A DNA stretch of 60,027 nt, counting the filler. It is 4 parts of 4 records of this genome, joined end to end, with 100 filler letters (N's around TTAATTAATTAA, not from the genome) between each part and the next. Parts side by side here need not be neighbours in the genome. Positions count along the whole stretch, not along the records: positions 42,899 to 49,454 come from SRR31156797_6636; positions 49,555 to 60,027 come from SRR31156797_6659; 2 more parts are not named here. One strand, given 5' to 3'. Each line of letters starts with the position of its first letter. Within the stretch, counting starts at the first letter, position 1. The position numbers were made by a program, and so were the translations under genes. Positions 47,761 through 57,352 of this stretch are shown piece after piece. The notes under the pieces were generated by a model, which searched no databases, was not told the DNA's origin, and saw only the letters and a list, made by a program, of their open reading frames with translations.

Positions 47761-48278
47761 TGTGGATTCGTACCGGTATTTGGTATGCTGATTTTATCTT
47801 GTTAGGTGAAACGAACATCGCTCGTCGTCGGATAGAGCCGGCACGCAAAGTCAGCTTGCTGTTACAAGATGTTGCCAGGGGTGAAGGCGCGGATTTGAAG
47901 AATACCCTGGTCGAAGTATCTGAACGCTGCGTACATCTGTCACAAGTGGGTAAATCGGTCAACGGTTTTGTTTCTTTCGATGCTCCCATGGGATCATGTC
48001 TGCAACTGGCTGCTCTCAGTGCCTGTGGCATAGGATATGAATACGCTTATGTAACTTCAGCACCACCCCACGGAGTCTGCGCTTACCTCTCTCCACGATC
48101 TGCCCGTCGAGCATACCGGTGTATCGAAGTCGGGGCTTATCTGTTAGGTCGGTCAGCTTGTGAATATTTGGAGCACTGCTGAACAGTTACAAGCTTATTA
48201 CCGTATAAAATAACCGACAATCTATTGCTCGGACGTTGGGAATGCGTTGTCGACGATTACAAAATTTAGAGAGTAACA

Positions 48279-48977
48279 GTGATGATACAATTGGATAATA
48301 TTAAATCATTTGTGCATATCGATCGGGAAAAAAAGGTCGATATGATATTACCCATGGTAACAACTCTGATTTCAGGTCTTGTCATTATTTTATCCATTAG
48401 CCCTGAATACTTACGTGAGTTAAATCCGATCACTCTTTTTCTTCTATCGGTTGCCAGTGCCTTACCTGTATGGGCTTTTAATCAATTTTTGTGGTGGCAT
48501 CTTGGAAGGAAAATATCGAGTGAGCTTGTGGGTAAAATCGCATATGTCTTGGAGGTTTCCGAGAAAAGAAAAAAAGTAATATCAATTGCCCTGTCACAGT
48601 TAGTGAAGGTTGTTGATATAATACGTCTAATCCCTTCAAAAGATATCGCAAACCTGGCTACCATTATCACTATCTATCTTGGGGCTGTCGTAACCTATTT
48701 CACTCAAAAAACGCCTTTTTGTCTGTATGGTACTATATTTATGCTCAGTGTGATTATCTGGCTTTTCGGCCTGTTTGTTCTGCATAGAACAAGTCGGAAA
48801 ATCGATGTGGAACCCCTAAAGTTGGCTTGGCATCAGTTGAAAAAGGACGAAGAGCTTTTGGTGTATATCAATCAGCATCTTGAACGCATTGAACAATTAA
48901 TTCTTCAGAAATATGGCTTGTTACATATCAAAAAGGATTCCGCGAGCTCAGTGCGGCAAGAGGAAGATGACCAGTAG
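48279..48977 (+). CDS. hypothetical membrane protein
   Basis: 232-aa ORF with about 4 hydrophobic segments and a charged tail. Confidence 0.65.
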   Translation: MMIQLDNIKSFVHIDREKKVDMILPMVTTLISGLVIILSISPEYLRELNPITLFLLSVASALPVWAFNQFLWWHLGRKISSELVGKIAYVLEVSEKRKKVISIALSQLVKVVDIIRLIPSKDIANLATIITIYLGAVVTYFTQKTPFCLYGTIFMLSVIIWLFGLFVLHRTSRKIDVEPLKLAWHQLKKDEELLVYINQHLERIEQLILQKYGLLHIKKDSASSVRQEEDDQ

Positions 48978-48990
48978 AAAACAGTATGAG

Positions 48991-49329
48991 CTACCCATTA
49001 ACGAACTCTGTGGCTTCATCCAGACCACCGAAATATTTCACGATGGAATGAAAACCGCTTATTTCAAGAACTTCTAGAATTTGATCATTTGCATTGCATA
49101 AAGCCAGTTTTCCATTAGCAGACTTGAGTAATTTAGCAGCAACCAGGATGACGCGTAACCCTGCGCTGGAAATGTAGTCGGTTTTGTTGAAATCAAAGAC
49201 TATTTTACGTTCACCGTCTTGAATTTCCGCTGTTATTTTGTCTGCAACTTCAGGTGAGTTATTGGTGTCCAATCGTTTGGTGGGGGCAACAACGAGGCAC
49301 TTTTTTATCGTGGTAAATGAAGTTTCCAT
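48991..49329 (-). CDS. STAS-domain anti-sigma factor antagonist
   Basis: RLDT, DYISSAGLRVIL, EVLEISGF; AGGAG RBS. Confidence 0.92.
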   Translation of the reverse strand: METSFTTIKKCLVVAPTKRLDTNNSPEVADKITAEIQDGERKIVFDFNKTDYISSAGLRVILVAAKLLKSANGKLALCNANDQILEVLEISGFHSIVKYFGGLDEATEFVNG

Positions 49330-49454
49330 ATACGTCTCCTGCTATATTAATGACTGTCGTCAACGTCATGTTTTATTGGAAAAAATCTTATAAATTATGC
49401 GGGTATTTTCTTCACGAAATGCCATGGTAATCCCCCCGAAAAAATACTGCATTC

Positions 49455-49554
49455 NNNNNNNNNNNNNNNNNNNNNNNNNNNNNNNNNNNNNNNNNNNNTT
49501 AATTAATTAANNNNNNNNNNNNNNNNNNNNNNNNNNNNNNNNNNNNNNNNNNNN
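49455..49554. other. artificial contig linker
   Basis: N-run, TTAATTAATTAA, N-run. Confidence 0.97.
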
Positions 49555-49745
49555 GATGTCGTCGGCATATCTTCCCAGCCGTTAACCAGGGCCATGAAAT
49601 CCGGGTTGTTGCGGAGATCGGCTTCCAACTTTTCCGGATCAGCCGGGGTTTTGGATTCCTCGGCTATTGCGGCCAGTAATTTTGGCCAACGTTTCTCCAG
49701 TTGTTCCCGGCTTGCAGGCAGGGCTTCTATAATCGGTTTTTCCAC
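49555..49745 (-). CDS. hypothetical protein, 3' partial at contig edge
   Basis: GTG start with AAGGTGG RBS; frame runs into the gap. Confidence 0.5.
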
Positions 49746-50069
49746 AAAAATTCCACCTTAATACGCCAATGGGAGTTTAACTCCCCTAAGCTTGCTACGA
49801 CTTTTGACCGGCCTTTTCCGGGCGCCGCCACGCGGCTTGCCGCTGGATGATTAATTACTATGGCGCCCTCTTTTAAAGGCCCATAACCAAAAAACACGGC
49901 CGGGGCGTCTTGTCAACATTCTTTCGCTATATTTTTAACAATTAAAACGGATTGTGATTTGACTGCTGTTGACATACACGCCTGGAGAAGATATGTCATT
50001 AAGCACAATTCTCTATCAGCCCGAATTCTTTGGCCTCTGTGGCCGGACGTGCAGCGGAGTTAATGAAAT

Positions 50070-51542
50070 ATGAAAAACCTTTACCCGGTAAAAGCTTTGC
50101 TGGCAGGGCTTGTTCTGACCCAAATAATCGCCGCCGCCTTTATTTTTTTCTCAAACGCCGATTTGCTGTCCCAACTGGAGCTTATCGAAAGTGAAGGCTA
50201 TTTAAGCATACCAGGGCCGGAAGTTCAGCCTTATCTGAAAAGCCCGGCCTCCGCATTTTACGGCGCTGTTTTTTTTACTTCCAGCATCGGCGCCGCTTTT
50301 TCAGTACTGTCCCTGGCCGCGGCCTGGCTTCACTGCAGGCTTACGGCAAGACGCAGACTGTCCGGTATAATCTGGACGGCCTTGTGGCTCATAAGCGCTG
50401 TCGGTGTGAACATCACCGGGTTCAGTCCCATGATAACCTTCCTTGTTATCGCCGTACCGCCGGTCGTTTTTCGCCTTTCTATCAAGTGGATGCCCGAGCC
50501 GGATGAATCCCCCTGGATCGCAAGGCTGTCCTTTGTCGCATCTCTTTTACTCATAGGCCTTATATGGATTTCCCAGTTCAGCGGCCCCCTGTTCCTGGAT
50601 GTCAGGGATTACGTATTCTGGTCAAACGCACCAGGCCGGGCCATGAGCGATTTCTATTATAATAATACCCTTTACCCGACCCGGCTTTTTTCTTCCTTAC
50701 GTCAAAAAACTATTCGAACCTGCCGAATTAATGGAGACGCTGCCCCGGAATTGAAACAGGATTTAAAAAGAACATTGCTGGCCTATGATTTTCTTCCAAT
50801 CAGGCAAAAGGCGTCGGTTGACCTGGAAATAACCATGAACGGAGATGAATTGGCTTTCAGGCATCATGGCAGGTTGATTCTGTTACCCGACGTGGATGAA
50901 TTCATGCGCGATCCCGACCGCGTGCTGGGCCGGTATTCGGTATTAACCGACAAGCATTTCATGTTCCGCAGAGTAGTCCGTTTTTCTCTCCTGGCCGGGC
51001 TGCCCCTGGTTTTATACATTCTTATCTTTTATCTCTCAAAAACAATATTTAACCTTGTCTTAAGCTCAAGCCGGTCTTCCGTCTTATCCGGCGTTTTCTG
51101 CCTTGGCATGGCCGCTCTGCTGCTTGTTCCGGTAATCTACGGGCGATCCATAAAAGGCGACGATATCGGCAAGCTGCTGGCTTCGGAATCATGGTGGGGG
51201 CGGGTGGCCGGACTCAAGATCGTCAAGCGGCAAAAAATGGATATCACCTCGTTTTCGTATAAGAAATTTTTGCAGAGCACGGATTACGCCGAAGGCTATT
51301 GGCTGACTTCGAACCTGGGCGCAAGCAGGTCTCCTGAAACGTTATCCGATTTAAAAGACCTCATGGATGACAAAAGAACAAACACCGCCTGCATGGCTTT
51401 CAGATCCCTGGGAGAGCGAGGCGACGTATCGGTTATTCCGGTAATAAAAAAACGGCTTGTCTCTTCAAATCACTGGTATGTCCAATGGTATGCATATAAT
51501 GCGCTAAGGCGGCTGGGATGGGTGCAGACCGAATTGAAATAG
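50070..51542 (+). CDS. membrane protein with a C-terminal HEAT-like repeat domain
   Basis: multiple TM segments; AFRSLGERGD..WYVQWYAYNALRRLGW; GGAG RBS. Confidence 0.75.
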   Translation: MKNLYPVKALLAGLVLTQIIAAAFIFFSNADLLSQLELIESEGYLSIPGPEVQPYLKSPASAFYGAVFFTSSIGAAFSVLSLAAAWLHCRLTARRRLSGIIWTALWLISAVGVNITGFSPMITFLVIAVPPVVFRLSIKWMPEPDESPWIARLSFVASLLLIGLIWISQFSGPLFLDVRDYVFWSNAPGRAMSDFYYNNTLYPTRLFSSLRQKTIRTCRINGDAAPELKQDLKRTLLAYDFLPIRQKASVDLEITMNGDELAFRHHGRLILLPDVDEFMRDPDRVLGRYSVLTDKHFMFRRVVRFSLLAGLPLVLYILIFYLSKTIFNLVLSSSRSSVLSGVFCLGMAALLLVPVIYGRSIKGDDIGKLLASESWWGRVAGLKIVKRQKMDITSFSYKKFLQSTDYAEGYWLTSNLGASRSPETLSDLKDLMDDKRTNTACMAFRSLGERGDVSVIPVIKKRLVSSNHWYVQWYAYNALRRLGWVQTELK

Positions 51543-52168
51543 TTACGCTTGGCTTTGTAATTACTGCGGTCCTGATCGCCGAATGGGCGGCCGGAGGGCT
51601 GGCGCGGACATATACGATCAACCCGTTATGGATTATCGCCCTTACACGTATTTTTGAAACCGGGATCATTATTTACATTGTCAGGATATCCGGCGTCAGC
51701 CTCCGCGCGGCCGGGTTGAACAGGGAGTCTCTTCGCCCGGGCCTTGAGACCGGCCTTAAATGGTCTGCTGTTTTTGGAATAATAGCTGTTTTATTAATAG
51801 CCGTTCTCAAACTCTCGGGCGCCAACCCCGTACATCACCTGCGGATGCAGCCTCCGGCCGGTTTTTACCATGGCTTGTTGTTCTTTTTGGTCGGCGGAAT
51901 CATATCTCCGATTGCGGAAGAATTGTTATTCAGAGGCGTAATATACGGCTATTTCAGAAGGTGGGGCGTTATTGCCGCCCTGGCCGTTTCGTCGTTAGCT
52001 TTTATACTGGCGCATCTCCCCAACAACCGGCTCCACCTGACGCATATTGTCGGCGGGATTGTCTTCGCCCTGGCCTATGAACGGGGCCGTCATATTATCA
52101 CGCCCATAATTATCCATGTTCTAGGGAATTCAGCCTTGCTCGGCCTTGCGTACCTGTCTGGATTATAA
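51518..52168 (+). CDS. CPBP (CAAX/Abi) family intramembrane metalloprotease
   Basis: PIAEELLFRG, F.LAH, H..GN. Confidence 0.9.
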   Translation: MGADRIEIVTLGFVITAVLIAEWAAGGLARTYTINPLWIIALTRIFETGIIIYIVRISGVSLRAAGLNRESLRPGLETGLKWSAVFGIIAVLLIAVLKLSGANPVHHLRMQPPAGFYHGLLFFLVGGIISPIAEELLFRGVIYGYFRRWGVIAALAVSSLAFILAHLPNNRLHLTHIVGGIVFALAYERGRHIITPIIIHVLGNSALLGLAYLSGL

Positions 52169-52195
52169 GGTTAATTTGACAAGAATAAATGTAAG

Positions 52196-52423
52196 TTAAA
52201 CGTAGGTGCTTACAATGATCCCCTTGCCCCCGTACCAGGTCATTTCAGAGCTTGAAGGCGCGCGACCTGGGGTAGGGATGCTCATATTATGAGGATATTC
52301 GGACGGCTTGGACATTGGAAGCACGGGTTCTATCTTCAGCGACCGCGAGGATTGCAGTTGTGCGCTGAAACGATGAGGCGGCGTAAACGTGACCGCGCCG
52401 ACATGTATAGTGCGTTCGTCCAT
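52196..52423 (-). CDS. possible small hypothetical protein
   Basis: 75-aa ORF filling the intergenic space, preceded by extended -10 TGGTATAAT 7 nt before the ATG. Confidence 0.3.
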   Translation of the reverse strand: MDERTIHVGAVTFTPPHRFSAQLQSSRSLKIEPVLPMSKPSEYPHNMSIPTPGRAPSSSEMTWYGGKGIIVSTYV

Positions 52424-52589
52424 GAATGGAATTATACCATATTTTTAACAATGGCGAAGTTTTACTTGAGGTTTACCTGATGTGGGGCTTTAATGTTTTT
52501 CTGTGCCGCGGTTATTAAAAAACGTGGATAATGATCAGGGTTGCTTATTTAGCCGCCCCACATATTTTATTGTTTTTTGGAGAGATAAG

Positions 52590-53339
52590 ATGAAAAAAAT
52601 AGGTATATTAGGAGGGTTGGCCTGGCCTGCCACCGTCGAATATTACAAGGCGATTTGCAGGTTAAGCCAGGTTTACCATTCCCAATTTGATATAAAAGGC
52701 CCGTCGCCTATGCCTGAAATGTGCATCGAATCGGTTAATATTAACTATTCCTACAACCGTCGAGGAAAATTCGGGGATGAAAATTCCTGGAATGAATATG
52801 ATGCATATTTTCGATCCGCCTTAGTACGATTAGAAGAAAATGGCGTGGATTTTGCCATAATCGCAAGTAATACTCCTCACAATAGATATGATTCCATAAC
52901 AGATGGATTGAATATCCCGGTGCTGAGCATCTTTGAAGCTGTGGCTGATGTTTGCATACAAAAGGGGATTGAGCAATTTCTCATTTTAGGCACCGAACCG
53001 ACTATGAATTCGGGAGTATTCCCCGAATTCCTCAAAAAGCGCGGCATAAACGCTTTTACTCCGGTTGACGCGGATTCACAGTCAAAGGTGGTGGATTTAA
53101 TATCGGAACTGTTTGGAGGCAATTGTGAAAATGGAAGAGCTCGTATGAATCAATTAGTTGATTCTATTTATAAAAAAATGGATCATAAAGAAAGGAATGT
53201 GTGTCTGGCATGCACGGAGCTGCCACTGGCGTTTGAAGGCGTGGAACAACTCGAAACATTTGATGATGCCGGCGTGTTTTATTTGAATACAACCATGATC
53301 CATGCCAATGCCGCGTTTCGATACGCTATAGAGAAGTAG
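52590..53339 (+). CDS. aspartate/glutamate racemase family protein
   Basis: MKKIGILGGLAW..T.EYY, ASNTPH, LACTELP; GGAG RBS supports the 52590 start. Confidence 0.9.
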   Translation: MKKIGILGGLAWPATVEYYKAICRLSQVYHSQFDIKGPSPMPEMCIESVNINYSYNRRGKFGDENSWNEYDAYFRSALVRLEENGVDFAIIASNTPHNRYDSITDGLNIPVLSIFEAVADVCIQKGIEQFLILGTEPTMNSGVFPEFLKKRGINAFTPVDADSQSKVVDLISELFGGNCENGRARMNQLVDSIYKKMDHKERNVCLACTELPLAFEGVEQLETFDDAGVFYLNTTMIHANAAFRYAIEK

Positions 53340-53360
53340 CATCAACAATCCCGTATTGAA

Positions 53361-53449
53361 AAGGGCGGTTTGCCGACCGCCCTCCAGATTTCGATTACAG
53401 TGCATATAGAGTTGATAAGGATTGGGTTAGCGTAGCGTAGCCCAGCTAC
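53361..53449. repeat. degenerate REP-like palindromes between convergent genes
   Basis: AGGGCGGTTTGCCGACCGCCCT and TGGGTTAGCGTAGCGTAGCCCAGCTAC (GTAG at the minus-strand end). Confidence 0.5.
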
Positions 53450-53457
53450 CCCACTTG

Positions 53458-54066
53458 CTAATCCTTGACCAGCTTCATGCCCGCCCGAAACGCCTTGATA
53501 TTATTCTTCAGCTTTTCCTTGGGCATTATTGTGGACAGGCTTGATTCGATGTCACCGGCTTCCACTGGCGCCAGGCCGGCGCCTGTCAAAGCCCCCAAAA
53601 GCACGATATTGGCCATTATGGCGGCGCCGAGTTTTTGGGCCGCGGCAGTGCCGTCCACCCACCACACCTTGTCAGACAGCTCGTTCAAGGCATTTTTTAT
53701 TTCGTCGTCCGAAGGATACCTGGCTTCTCCAGCGTTGACGTTGAGCGGAGGAACCGGACGTGAATTGACGATTATTTTTGTCTCCTCCATGCCGTACAAG
53801 GGCAGAACGCGAAGGGTTTCCAACGGTTCCAAGCCCAAAACAACATGGGCCCCGCCTTCCGGGATCAGGGGGCCGTATACCCGCGAACCGGAAATACGGA
53901 TATGACTCTGCACGCTGCCGCCCCTCTGAGACAAACCGAAAGTCTCGCCCACGGCGACCTTGTATCCTTTATCTATCAGGGCCCGACCAAGAATCTGTGA
54001 TATAAGGACGTTTCCCTGTCCGCCGACGCCGGTGATTATCAGGTTGAGAGGATCGTGAGTCGTCAT
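53458..54066 (-). CDS. iorB: indolepyruvate:ferredoxin oxidoreductase beta subunit
   Basis: TGVGGQGNVL, GLSQRGGSVQSH, ANIVLLGAL; ATG overlaps the iorA stop. Confidence 0.9.
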   Translation of the reverse strand: MTTHDPLNLIITGVGGQGNVLISQILGRALIDKGYKVAVGETFGLSQRGGSVQSHIRISGSRVYGPLIPEGGAHVVLGLEPLETLRVLPLYGMEETKIIVNSRPVPPLNVNAGEARYPSDDEIKNALNELSDKVWWVDGTAAAQKLGAAIMANIVLLGALTGAGLAPVEAGDIESSLSTIMPKEKLKNNIKAFRAGMKLVKD

Positions 54067-55973
54067 CAGGCTTTCTCCTTGACAATAGCGCCGGCCGGGC
54101 ATATCTGTTCGCAAACGCCGCACCCGATGCAAACGACTTCATCAATGCCGGCGACTTCGTTTTTTTCGTCCCAGATCAAACCAGGGCATCGAAAAACCCT
54201 GTTGCAATACCTGTTGCAGCCGCAGGATTCTCCTCGACACAAGTCATGGTCAATTCTCATTTTATATTCGAAGCCGTCCGCTCGTCCCTGTACCAGGGCG
54301 CAAGTACGCCGGAAAATAACCACCTCGACCTTGTCGGATTTTTTAAGGCCGGCCAGAACCGCGTTTTGCGCTTCCTCAAGGTCGTAAGGGTCCACTATAG
54401 TGACGTTCAATCCCAGCGATTCGCAAACATCCTCGATTTCGATTTGACCGACTTCCTCGCCCCCTGCACTGAATCCCGTTCCCGGGTGAGGCTGGAATCC
54501 GGTCATGGCCGTGGCCGCATTATCAAGCACCACAAGTACATAAGACGACTGGTTATACGCCGCATTGATCAGGGCAGGTATGGCAGCGTGAAAGAATGTT
54601 GAATCCCCGACCACGGACACTACTGGTTGTTCGAATCCCAGGGACTCCAGCTTGCCGAAACCTGATGAAAGCCCAAGGCCGGCGCCCATGGAATAGACCG
54701 ACTTCACCTGATTAAAGCCTGTCGGCCAGATTCCCATGGTATAACAGCCGATATCCCCGGAAACAAAACCATTTCTGTCGTCCAGGGCCAGGGCGTTCTT
54801 AATGGCCCAGTAAGAGGCCCTGTGAGGGCATCCCGGGCAAAAGCCGAATTCCCTGGGCGGAACAATCTGGTCCGCGATTTCGGCGGCTTTTTCAACATAA
54901 GATTTCGATCGCGTTGAAAAGTCCCGGCCCGTGATCCCGGCCAGGGCGGTCAGAACAATATCCGGGCTTAGCTCGCCAACAAGGGGAATGTGACCGGACT
55001 CCTTGCCGAAAAATTCCTTTAACCCTAAATCCTTGCCCTTTTGGGCCGCCAAAGCTTTAACCCTCTTTTCGAGCAAGGGGTCGACTTCTTCCAGAAACAG
55101 CACTTGTTTGGTCGAAGAAAGACCCTTGAGCACCATTTTTTCAGGCAGGGGAAAGGTCGTTCCTATTTTCAGAAGGCCGACGCTGTCGGACAACCCGGAT
55201 ATCTCCAGGGCCTCCCTGGCATATAAGCAGCCTGAACCGCAGGCTATTATTAAAAGGTCGGATTCTTCCGGGCCTTCAAAAGCATTAAATGGAGATTTTT
55301 CAAACATCTCCCCGGCTTCGGCCAGCTTGTCGTACATGGCCTGGTGCTTGCCGGCGACGGGAAACTGGTGAAAAGGCTCGGAAGTGTCGAAACGGGGCTT
55401 GGGCCTTTCTTCCGGCAATTCCCCAATCCTGACGTTGGCCCTGGTATGGCTGACCCGGCTCAGGCTCCTGACCATGCAGATGTTGCCGATTTTTTCGGAC
55501 AGCTCAAAAGCATATCGGGTCATCTCCAGCGCTTCCTGGGGAGAAGACGGTTCAAACAGGGGAATGTGGGCCAGGGGCGCGGCAAAACGTGAATCTTCCT
55601 CATTGGTGCTGGATATTCCGGACGGATCGTCGGCCGAAACCAGAACCAGCCCGCCAATTACCCCGGTCATGGCCAGGGTTGTAAGTGAATCAAGGCAGAC
55701 GTTAACTCCGTTTTGCTTCATGGTCGCCAGGGCCCGTAGTCCGGTCAGGGAAGCCGCGGCCGCGGCCTCAAGTCCGACTTTTTCATTAACAGACCATTCA
55801 ACATACAACTTGCCGGGCGACTGATGCTCGATCAGGGTTTCCAGGATTTCCGAGGAAGGATTGCCCGGGTACCCGCTTGCCCACGACACGCCCGCTTCCA
55901 GTGCGCCGCGGGCTATGGCCTGATTGCCTTGAAGCAGTATTTCGCTGCCGGCCGGAGCTGACAAATAACTCAT
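54066..55973 (-). CDS. iorA: indolepyruvate:ferredoxin oxidoreductase alpha subunit
   Basis: GNQAIARGALEAG, GYPG.PSSE, WSVNEKV, FCPGCPHR, GDIGCY, GDSTFFH, C-terminal ferredoxin. Confidence 0.92.
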   Translation of the reverse strand: MSYLSAPAGSEILLQGNQAIARGALEAGVSWASGYPGNPSSEILETLIEHQSPGKLYVEWSVNEKVGLEAAAAASLTGLRALATMKQNGVNVCLDSLTTLAMTGVIGGLVLVSADDPSGISSTNEEDSRFAAPLAHIPLFEPSSPQEALEMTRYAFELSEKIGNICMVRSLSRVSHTRANVRIGELPEERPKPRFDTSEPFHQFPVAGKHQAMYDKLAEAGEMFEKSPFNAFEGPEESDLLIIACGSGCLYAREALEISGLSDSVGLLKIGTTFPLPEKMVLKGLSSTKQVLFLEEVDPLLEKRVKALAAQKGKDLGLKEFFGKESGHIPLVGELSPDIVLTALAGITGRDFSTRSKSYVEKAAEIADQIVPPREFGFCPGCPHRASYWAIKNALALDDRNGFVSGDIGCYTMGIWPTGFNQVKSVYSMGAGLGLSSGFGKLESLGFEQPVVSVVGDSTFFHAAIPALINAAYNQSSYVLVVLDNAATAMTGFQPHPGTGFSAGGEEVGQIEIEDVCESLGLNVTIVDPYDLEEAQNAVLAGLKKSDKVEVVIFRRTCALVQGRADGFEYKMRIDHDLCRGESCGCNRYCNRVFRCPGLIWDEKNEVAGIDEVVCIGCGVCEQICPAGAIVKEKA

Positions 55974-55977
55974 GGTA

Positions 55978-57021
55978 TTATTCTTCCTCGCGCCATGTCT
56001 TTTTACTCCGCGCCTTTTTAAGGGCCGAAGCTTCCTTGAGATGTTCCAGGTCTGATTGCGGCAGTTCATCCAGGTGCAGTAGTTTTTTATCCCTGGCAAG
56101 GTCCATAAGGCGCCGGCCGGTTTTAGTTCTCACAATCACTGTATTCCAGCCGTCAAGCCCTTCAACCGCGCCCACGGATATATCCGCCCGGGTTGAGGTC
56201 ATGTCGTCGCAAAAACGGCAGGCGTTGAGTCGCATTTCCCTGATTTCTTCAAGCGGAAAAGCCTTGATCCCATCACCCGTATACACTTTGAAAACATCAG
56301 CCGGCGGGGGAGGTATATCGTACCCGGACGCCCTTTCTCCAAAAAGCATGAACCGGAGATAACGGGAGAGCCGCCTGTAATCCAGCGCCCAGGTGCAGAA
56401 CAAACCGATAAGAACCTTTATTCTTTTCGGATTGAAAGGCGGATCGTCGCCCTGGTAGTCTCTCATGGCCGCGGCCGCCTTTACCTGGCAGGGAGTGCCG
56501 ACCATCAGCAGGGGTTTGCTTCCCTTTTCAGCCAAAGCCTCGTTCAGGGCGGCCACAGCGCCGGATGCAGCGTATCGTGAGCCCGCCGCGGCCAGAACTT
56601 CAGCCCGGTTACGGACGCGAACCCCTTCCGGCGGCTCCTCGGGATGTCCGCTGGTGACAACGGCTTCATCAACCAGTCCCTGTTTCAGGGCCAGGTTGGT
56701 CAAAGTCGAAGCCACGCCGCCGTACTGGGATTTTTTTAAAATATCCACCCTGGCGGCCTGAGCGATCAGCACTTCTTCATATGGGCCGATTTCGCCCTCG
56801 AATTCTCCCCGCGCGCCTCCCATGGGGCAAAAGCCGTAACAGCGGCCCGCGTCAAGGGTGCAACGGTCCGTCAGGATAACCCGGCCATTGTAATGAACCA
56901 AATACGGGCAGGAGCCTACACAGGCCCCGCAAACGGCGCATCTGTCCTTGTCTATTACTTCAGACGTCAGCCTGGCCGCTCCCCCTTCTAGTTCAATGCT
57001 CTTTGTCGATGTTTTTGTCAT
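55978..57021 (-). CDS. FrhB/FdhB-like (F420 hydrogenase/dehydrogenase beta family) Fe-S flavoprotein
   Basis: CAVCGACVGSCP, QYGGVAS, GSRY, VGTPCQ, IGLFC, CRFCDD..ADISVG. Confidence 0.88.
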   Translation of the reverse strand: MTKTSTKSIELEGGAARLTSEVIDKDRCAVCGACVGSCPYLVHYNGRVILTDRCTLDAGRCYGFCPMGGARGEFEGEIGPYEEVLIAQAARVDILKKSQYGGVASTLTNLALKQGLVDEAVVTSGHPEEPPEGVRVRNRAEVLAAAGSRYAASGAVAALNEALAEKGSKPLLMVGTPCQVKAAAAMRDYQGDDPPFNPKRIKVLIGLFCTWALDYRRLSRYLRFMLFGERASGYDIPPPPADVFKVYTGDGIKAFPLEEIREMRLNACRFCDDMTSTRADISVGAVEGLDGWNTVIVRTKTGRRLMDLARDKKLLHLDELPQSDLEHLKEASALKKARSKKTWREEE

Positions 57022-57154
57022 TAATCGGGGCCTCGAATATTTTTTTTTCGGAGCAGTTAGGCGGTGACTATAGTAAGGCTGAAAAATTTTTTCAACCCCA
57101 ATTATTAATCCGGGGCGCCGCCTCTGATTCCCGTTTCCCGCCGGAGACCTTAGA

Positions 57155-57183
57155 TTGACATAAACAGGTAAATAAATTATACT
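57155..57183 (+). promoter_or_regulatory. sigma70-type promoter for the Liv-type operon
   Basis: TTGACA-17 bp-TATACT. Confidence 0.75.
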
Positions 57184-57352
57184 CCCCGGTAAAGTAAATT
57201 ACAGTTCAATTTTCCATGTCTTGGTGTTGCTGAATGCGCCTGAATTTCAGCAGTTACCGGGCAGAAGGAGAAGCTTTTATGTAGGGGAGGCCCGGTTTAT
57301 TTAACCGGTGACGCACGCTTTTTATGTTCAAGAAAACAGAAAGGAACCTGGT

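Noticed and set aside
47838-47880. GGCACGCAAAG...GATGTTGCCAG as a c-di-GMP-I riboswitch
   Set aside because: The upstream GGCAAA/GNRA stem is missing; only a fragmentary resemblance.
52590-53339. Racemase inactivated by loss of the first catalytic Cys (ASNTPH)
   Set aside because: Single-Cys variants with Ser/Thr/Ala at this site are known in the family; not evidence of pseudogenisation.
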